Positions 55,335 through 64,000 of a DNA stretch of 64,000 nucleotides are shown here, piece by piece; the first letter of the stretch is position 1; the number at the start of each line of letters is the position of its first letter. This stretch comes from the human T2T-CHM13v2.0 reference genome, Homo sapiens. Under the pieces are notes generated by a model. It saw nothing but the letters and a program-made list of their open reading frames with translations, made no database searches and was not told the DNA's origin. The position numbers and the translations under genes are program-made. The stretch is from NCBI RefSeq assembly GCF_009914755.1, contig NC_060925.1; one strand, 5' to 3'.

Positions 55335-55758
<424 letters not shown>

Positions 55759-55796
55759 TCAATGCCAAATTAGAGAAGAAATAAAGGGACTCTTAA

Positions 55797-56107
<311 letters not shown>

Positions 56108-56275
56108 AAGAATACTTTTCTAGCAAGGCAGATAAGGGCTTCTCAGAAAGTCTAAAACAAAATATTACTACTAGTGAGAGTTGTTCTTTTTCTTTCTTCA
56201 CTTGAGTACAGCTATGATGTCTGCCTCTGTATTAACAGCAACAGAGAAAAATAAATAGAAAAACAGGTAACACCA

Positions 56276-56892
56276 GGCCAGGTGTGTTGGCTCATGCCTA
56301 TAATCTCAGCACTCTGGAGGCTGAGGTAGAAGGATCACTTAAGGCCAGGAGTTCAAGACCAGCCTGGAAAACGTAACAAGACCCTGTGTTTCTAAAACAA
56401 TAAAAAAATAAAAAATTTTGATTTTTTTTTTTTTTTTTTTTTGAGAGAGTCTTACGCTGTCACCCAGGCTGGAGTGAGGTGAAATGATCTTGGCTCACTG
56501 AAACCTCCACCTCCCAGGTTCAAGTGATTCTCCTGCCTCAGCCTCCCACAGCTGGGATTACAGACACCAGCCACCATGCCCGGCTAATTTGTGTGTGTGT
56601 TTTTAGTAGAGGCAGGGTTCCACCATCTTGGCCAGGCTGGTCTTGAACTCCTGACCTCAAGTGATCCGCCTGCCTCGGCCTCCCAAGGTGCTGAAATTAC
56701 AGGTGTGAGCCACCATGCCTGGCTTAAACATTTGTTTTTAATTAGCCAGGCTTGGTGGCACACATCTGTAGTCCCACCTACTCAGGAAGCTGAGGTGAGA
56801 GGATCACTTGAGCCCAGAAGTTCAAAGGGGCAGTGATCACTCCATTGCACTCCAGCCTGGGTAACAGAGTGAGACCCTGTCTCGCCAAAAAG
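56276..56892 (+). mobile_element. AluJ split by an inverted AluS (56422-56724, minus)
   Basis: Left arm (+), full Alu (-), right arm (+). Confidence 0.85.
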
Positions 56893-57429
56893 AAAGAGGT
56901 TAAGGAGGAGAAGACTCTAGACCAAAAGAAGTAACTGATATTATTGAAATTATTTGATAGCAATCGCAATTATTTGGATAACTATTTTCACATATGTAAG
57001 CAAACCAAATAGGGTCTCAAAAGTTTCAGACCAAATGATTCATGTTCTCTACTTCAGCCTAAAAAAAAGTTAAAGAATTCTACAATTACAAAAAGAACAG
57101 TTATTCTATAGTTACAAAAAGACTTGAAACTTTCACCTGAATGCATCTCTTTGTTACAAAACCATTAAAGGAGGTAGGGGGAACTTCATGATTCATCAAT
57201 GCTGCCTGCTTTTTTAAACCCAGGAAATTCCTTTACACCCCCTCCTGGCTCTGGCCAGCAAGAACTGTAGGTGTACTACTCTAGTCATTCCTTTATCAGT
57301 AACATACTATGTACGTGTAAAACTGATTTTTGGTCAAATATTCCAAATTCTAAATTCATTTGCTCAGAGCTGATTTTTAAAATAATTTATTAAACAGGAT
57401 GCTGACATTCTCTCCATTCAAAATTTTGG

Positions 57430-58050
57430 TGGTGCAGCCACTATAGAAAACAATATGACAGTTCCTCAAAAAAATTAAAAATAGAATGACTATGTGATCC
57501 AGCAATTTAACTTCTGGGTATATATGCAAAAGAATTGAAAGCAGAAGCTGGAACATATATTTGAACACCAATGTTTATGGCTGCATGATTCACAGTACCT
57601 ACAAGGTAGAAACAACCTAAATGTCCATGGAAGGTGAAAGAATAAGCAAAATATGGTATATACATACAATGGAACATTATTTAGCCTTTAAAAGAAATAA
57701 AATCCTGACGCATGCTAACATATATGACTCTTGGGCACATTATGCTAAGTGAAATAAGCCAGTCACAAAAAAGGGCAAATACTCTATGTTCCACTTATAT
57801 GAGGTACCTATTAATAGAAGAGTCGAATTCAGAGATAGAAAGTAGGATGGTGGTTGCCAGGGGCTGAGGAGAGAGGGATATAAGGACTTATTGTTAAATA
57901 AGTACGGTAACAGATTTTCAAGATGAAAAGCTTTCTGGAGATGGATGGCAGTGATAGTAACAAAGCAAAATGAATGTACTTAATGCCACTGAACTGGCAT
58001 TAAGACTTTAAAATGGCTAAAATGGTAAATTTTATAAGGATTGTACCACA
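57430..58050 (+). mobile_element. L1MB 3' end
   Basis: L1MB 3' motifs. Confidence 0.8.
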
Positions 58051-58548
58051 ATTTTTTTTTCATTAACAGATTGGGGGAGGATTTTCTTAGAGGACAATTT
58101 GGGGTAATATTTGCTTTGTAATAAATTCACCCATCTATAATATTCCAAATCTATCCCATTAAGTCTGAGCTGTAATCTTCCACCCACTACTTATCACCAC
58201 TTCACTGATTTCAACAGAATTCTTTTCTCTATTGACTTGAAATAGTCAAAAAAAAATACAAAAATCCTTCTCAAAGGTTTTTCCACATTTAGACACAGTA
58301 TCTAGCAATGATCAAAATGTGATTTATTTTCAAATTCTAATCAAATTTGGAAATTATGTCTTTCCTACAAAGATAATACTGAGCTCTCAAACTATTATTG
58401 AGTCTCACAATCATATGATATAAACATGTAATTTTACCATATTCACTTTTGGTGAGGAAACTGATTTGCCCAGTTACAGAAGAAATCAGTGTCATCCAAG
58501 TATCCGTATGCCAAGTCTTAAGCTGCAATCCTTAAATTAAATGATTTG

Positions 58549-58858
<310 letters not shown>

Positions 58859-59179
58859 TTACCTGGTTTTCTTATAACTGAATAAATGCTTACTTTTAAG
58901 TCAATCCTATAAAAATTGAGATAATATAAAAAACAGGAAGAATCATCACTTTTTACTAAGACGATCATTTGTAAGAGAACTCCAGGTTCCTAAACACACA
59001 AATGGCTAATGTGTTTAAGGTGTGTAGTTTTCCAAATAATTTTTTCTTCTATCAATAACATTCTTTTACCTATTTGACAATATAAAATTAACATTATTAG
59101 GCAAACAATTGTTCACTGCAGATGCCATTCTATTTTTCCCATTTTTAAACAATTGTGTATAGCATTACCATTGGTCTGA

Positions 59180-59533
<354 letters not shown>

Positions 59534-59895
59534 GAAATTTTCATTTTCATTTCCAAACCAAAATCCCTGGAAAATCTTGCTTTGCCTGAGTACAAGAAGC
59601 CTAAATTTCCTGTCCTTTAGCCAATATAAGGTTAACAGTTAAGCATAATAATTGTCACACACAAAAAATAGAAAGCAGATGCAAGTTATTAGAGATAAAA
59701 AGGTAAAATTAAAACAAAGTTATAATTACTTTATAAAGTTTTTAATGAGGGAAATCAGAAGACAATTTTGTAACACGGTAAAACTACACCTTGAAATATA
59801 GAGTCCTTTTTCAAACAGTGCATTCCACATTAGATAAAAAATGGAACTGGAGAACAAAAACAAAACAAAAAGACGATGATGAAAAACTTAGGCAG

Positions 59896-60639
<744 letters not shown>

Positions 60640-61224
60640 TCAGCAAGGAAAAATACTGCCTACTAAGCTAGTGTTAGAACCTGTGCAATGTGAGTATTAA
60701 AAAAGAGGGAAAAGTCTGCCTATACTTGACAGTAGCTTCTAAGTTGATGCCAAAATGGCCAAAAATATCTCACTAAAATAATTCCTTCACCAAACATCAA
60801 AAGGCAAAGGTAGCACTCACAGGATATTAGTTCTAGCTCCAAGTCTTTCACAATGCATACAGTTCTACTTTCAAAGGGCCTTCCTAAGATACTTACATGT
60901 CAGTGGCACTACGACTGGGTTTATTAAGAGAACAGCCTTTACTTATCCTTTAAAGTATTCCTGGAGAAAGGACACCAACCAAGCAATTCAAGTCTGTAGG
61001 GGAGGGGAATCCGCAAATATGAATAGGTAATTTATTAAGCTTGTGAATTCATTGCAGAGATACTCTGGAATATATAGTCTTATCTGTCTCCTTGTTATCT
61101 TCTTACCCTCCAAAGATTCCAATTAGGCAAAGTCTCAAATGTTTACTCCTCTTTGAAAAGGACCTCAGTACCCCATTGTCATTGCCCTCGCCATCTCATC
61201 ATTCTGCTTTTTTACTCTTCCCTT

Positions 61225-61550
61225 AATACAATATAAATACACCACGCCCATAACACCACACGCTCCACGCTCACACTCCATACATCTCTCCCCACAGAAC
61301 CACCCAAAACATCCCATACTTAATGGTCCAACACCAATTAAAACAAAAACTCTACACGTCCCCCCATATAATACAGGAAACACTACACATTCCACACACA
61401 TTGTAACCCAAGTCATTAATACCTCCAATCCCATTCAACCCGTACTTAACACATTCTACACACTCATGATAGCATATAAATTATACGCTTCTCCATAGCT
61501 CGCCACACACACACACACACGCCACGCACCGTATAAAAGCCTAAATGACA
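61225..61550 (-). repeat. Strand-skewed low-complexity tract (C/A-rich on +, G/U-rich in FAF1 pre-mRNA) with short (CA)n
   Basis: Very few G on the plus strand; (CA)n at ~61504-61520. Confidence 0.8.
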
Positions 61551-61648
61551 CACCACTGCAGCGTTCAAACGCTGGGAAGAAGACTCCCTTGTGGCACCGG
61601 AAACCCACGAGGTTGGAAGTGGGAGGGGAAGAGGGCCAGATACTTCAC

Positions 61649-61693
61649 CTGAAAATCCGCCAGGATCATCTCCCGGTCCATGTTGGACGCCAT
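61649..61693 (-). CDS. FAF1: FAF1 (Fas-associated factor 1/UBXN3A) coding part of exon 1, 15 codons MASNMDREMILADFQ
   Basis: Translation matches the FAF1 N-terminus as I recall it; perfect Kozak GCCGCCATGG; ends in phase 0 at donor CAG|GTGAAG (61649/61648); inside a CpG island. Confidence 0.96.
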
Positions 61694-62170
61694 GGCGGCC
61701 GCCGAGTTCCGCGGCTCCGGGAGCGAAGCGCGCACCTGGGAGGCAGACGGCACCTCCTGCGACCGTCGCCGCCACCGCCGCCGCCGCCGGGCGCCGAGGG
61801 GCTGGCGGGCGAGCCGGCGGGCGGGTCGGCGGGCCAGCGGGCGGGGCAGCGCGGGAAGCGCTAGGCGCTCATGCACTCGGTAACCTTCAGGCGCCCCGGC
61901 CGCCCGCCTGCAACCTGCGGAGCCCGCGTCGCAGCAGCCCGGACAGGAAGATTGGTCTGGATGTGGGTCCGGTCTTACAGTCGCGGGCCAGGATGAGGGC
62001 AGGTTGCGACAGCGCGCACCCGGATACCTTCAGCGGCGTTAAGCCCGGCGGGGGCGGGGAAACCGAGCGAGCGAGCGGGCGGGCGAACGCCGCGGCCGCC
62101 TCCGCCTCCTCCGCTTCCTCCCTGGCCGCCGCCTCCGCCCCTGGTTGGCCAGCGCCACGGCTGTCGCACA
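61694..62170 (-). other. FAF1: FAF1 GC-rich 5'UTR (5' boundary approximate)
   Basis: GC-rich sequence upstream of the ATG with a short interrupted (CGG)n (61763-61789); TSS cannot be read from sequence alone. Confidence 0.6.
61861..61872 (-). other. Minimal uORF ATG-AGC-GCC-TAG (M-S-A-stop)
   Basis: Only minus-strand ATG between 62168 and the FAF1 start codon; weak context (TGC ATG A). Confidence 0.6.
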
Positions 62171-62619
62171 TTTTGCCTGTCATCGAGGTCGCAAAGCGCC
62201 GCTTTGCGGCTCCACGTGACCACCCTCCTGTCAAGCGCTGAGCGCGCGACTACCCGGCCAGGATCTCTGCGCTGGCGGCAGAGACTGCAACCTGCAGCTG
62301 CGGAAGCTTCAAGTCTCGCAACAGGTTATTCCAGTTTGGATTTAAGCAAAGGCCTCAGGATAGCGCCTCCCCCTAGCTGAGGCGGGGACCAGATTGTGCA
62401 CCTCACGTGGTTAGTCACACAAATACACACCACCCTCACAAACCAACTAAACACACTGTTACAACTCGTCTAACAAACAGCATTTCAGAAATATATGTTT
62501 TTCTCTACAATGTTTCAGCAAAATACAGCTTCATATAGTCTCTCACGCTCAACCTGTCAAAACCGAATCCACACTGTCACACCCAGTCCCAAGCTCCCTG
62601 ACGTCTGCATCCTCAGACT

Positions 62620-62682
62620 CCGTAACACAGAAGTAACCAGACTGCCATGGTAGACATGGGAGAGACGAGGAAGCTGAGAAAG
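62620..62682 (+). other. Candidate divergent first exon (possibly a distal CDKN2C first exon) ending at donor AAG|GTAAAA
   Basis: GT donor at 62683 preceded by ACTGCCATGG and 12 in-phase codons; CDKN2C is known to lie head-to-head with FAF1. 5' boundary is a guess. Confidence 0.45.
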
Positions 62683-62891
62683 GTAAAAATCTCGTTCCAG
62701 AGAAGAGGAGGAGCATTTTTTTTAATTGATAAGGTAGTTATGAGAAATAACAACCTCGAGTTAATAGGGTTGCTCCAAAGGGGGAAAAAAGGGAAAACCT
62801 TTCTACTGCTGCAGTTATATTTGTTTTTTTAAGCTGAGACATCTTACAAATGGGATAAAACTTGAATCCAGCTTTGAATATAGTCAGTCTA

Positions 62892-63211
62892 TTTTTATTT
62901 ATTTATTTATTTATTTATTTATTATTTTGAGACGGAGTCTCGCACTGTGGCCCGGGCTGGAGTGCAGTGGCGCGATCTCGGCTCGCTGCGACCTCCGCTT
63001 TCTGGGTTCAAGCGATTCTCCTGCCTCAGCCTCCATAGTAGCTGGGATTACAGGCTCCCGCCACCAAGCCCGGCTAAGTTTTTTTTGTATTTTTAGTAGA
63101 GACGGGGTTTCACTATGTTGGGCAAGCTGATCTCGAACTCCTGTCCTCGTGATCCGCCCTCCTCGGCCTCCCAAAGTGTTGGGATTACAGGCGTGAGCCA
63201 CTGCACCCGGC
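62892..63211 (-). mobile_element. AluS/Y, CpG-rich
   Basis: Alu consensus with (TTTA)n tail. Confidence 0.9.
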
Positions 63212-63583
63212 CTATTCATTTTCATAAGAAATTATTTTGGAATATTCACCAAATATTGAAAGTTTCAACCCATGGTCAGAAATTGACAACCTCTGTAACT
63301 AAAACAGCCAAAGACTATGTACAATGAAGTGTGACAGTTTGTAATTGTCGTCCAGGTTAGAGAAAGTGTGACAGTGGAAGTTGTTCATCCTTGACTTGGG
63401 AAAATATCAGCTTCTGGATTGTCATGGGGCATTTACTTGCTTTGGAAAGTATGTAAAAGCTTGAAAATGTGAAGTAAGATTGCTGATTTTATCCTGTAGA
63501 GCTAAAATAACTAGTGAAATCATCATGTAGCATGAAGGCCTAGGCTTCCCTTAAGAACTTTTTAAACTTGTATCATTTATTTA

Positions 63584-63709
63584 CTTTTTTAGAGACAGGG
63601 CCTCACTATGTTGCCCAGGCTGGCTTCCAACTCCTGTGCTCAAGCCATCCTCCCACCTCAGCCTCCTGAGAGTGGGGATTACAGGTGTGAGCCATACCAC
63701 CACACCCAG
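63584..63709 (-). mobile_element. FLAM-like monomer
   Basis: Single Alu arm. Confidence 0.8.
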
Positions 63710-63974
63710 CAAGGCCTAGGCTCCATAAACTGGGAATATATTCATGAGAAATCAGAAATATGACTTAATTGTTCAGTTTCACTGAATATAAAGAAGTGCA
63801 CTGTATTATGATCTGAGTTTATTCTGTGTGTTTCCTTAAATGAAAATAGGCTGGCCTACAGTTCTTAAGTACTAATCTGTGTTTAGACCAGAATTAGCTA
63901 GATAATAGAACCCTCCACAGTCACATGAATCAAAATGTCTTGCTTAATTTTCAGCCGTAAGAAAATAATTCCAT

Positions 63975-64000
63975 GGCCAGGGCAGTGGCTTATGCCTATA
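63975..64000 (+). mobile_element. Start of an Alu (cut by window end)
   Basis: ggccagggcagtggcttatgcctata. Confidence 0.7.

Larger units (their letters stand above)
61560..62410. promoter_or_regulatory. CpG island / probably bidirectional promoter
   Basis: Abrupt high GC and CpG density. GC boxes at 62051-62059 and 62379-62387; E-boxes CACGTG at 62213-62218 (GTCACGTGG, USF/TFE-type) and 62404-62409; ATTGG at 61951; CRE-like TGACGTC at ~62600. Confidence 0.9.

Noticed and set aside
61464-61648. ORF continuation past FAF1 codon 15 (VKYLALF...)
   Set aside because: Read-through into the intron beyond the CAG|GTGAAG donor.
61887-62183. 98-aa minus-strand ORF from ATG 62183 as a long uORF
   Set aside because: Its ATGs lie beside the E-box core promoter and may be upstream of the TSS; unsupported without CAGE.
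61591-62241. 216-aa plus-strand ORF and other overlapping ORFs in the CpG island
   Set aside because: GTG start, low-complexity Ala/Gly/Pro/Arg content; expected from stop-codon depletion in GC-rich DNA; no recognisable domain.

Overview
Primate, almost certainly human, genomic DNA: it holds Alu, SVA and an L1Hs pre-Ta insertion. The only host coding sequence is exon 1 of FAF1 on the minus strand (61649-61693, MASNMDREMILADFQ), inside a CpG-island promoter (~61560-62410). Positions 1-61648 are FAF1 intron 1 and are densely filled with transposable elements. These include a decayed full-length L1PA4-6, a 5'-truncated L1Hs pre-Ta with an 18-bp TSD, a complete THE1C provirus, an ancient ERV combining class III-like pol with gamma-type env, an SVA_B-like element, ~45 Alus, old L1M/L2/L3/MIR fragments and MER DNA transposons. 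Nearly all ORF-track entries are repeat-derived or chance. I found no convincing new multi-gene system. The best leads are (i) a candidate divergent plus-strand mini-exon with a strong-Kozak 12-codon ORF ending in phase at a GT donor (possibly a distal first exon of neighbouring CDKN2C), (ii) the FAF1 5'UTR uORF and open upstream frame, (iii) the young sense-oriented L1Hs, (iv) the mosaic ERV, (v) reused L1-endonuclease target sites and (vi) recent-looking tandem duplications. Repeat subfamily names are from memory of consensus sequences, and boundaries of old repeats are approximate.
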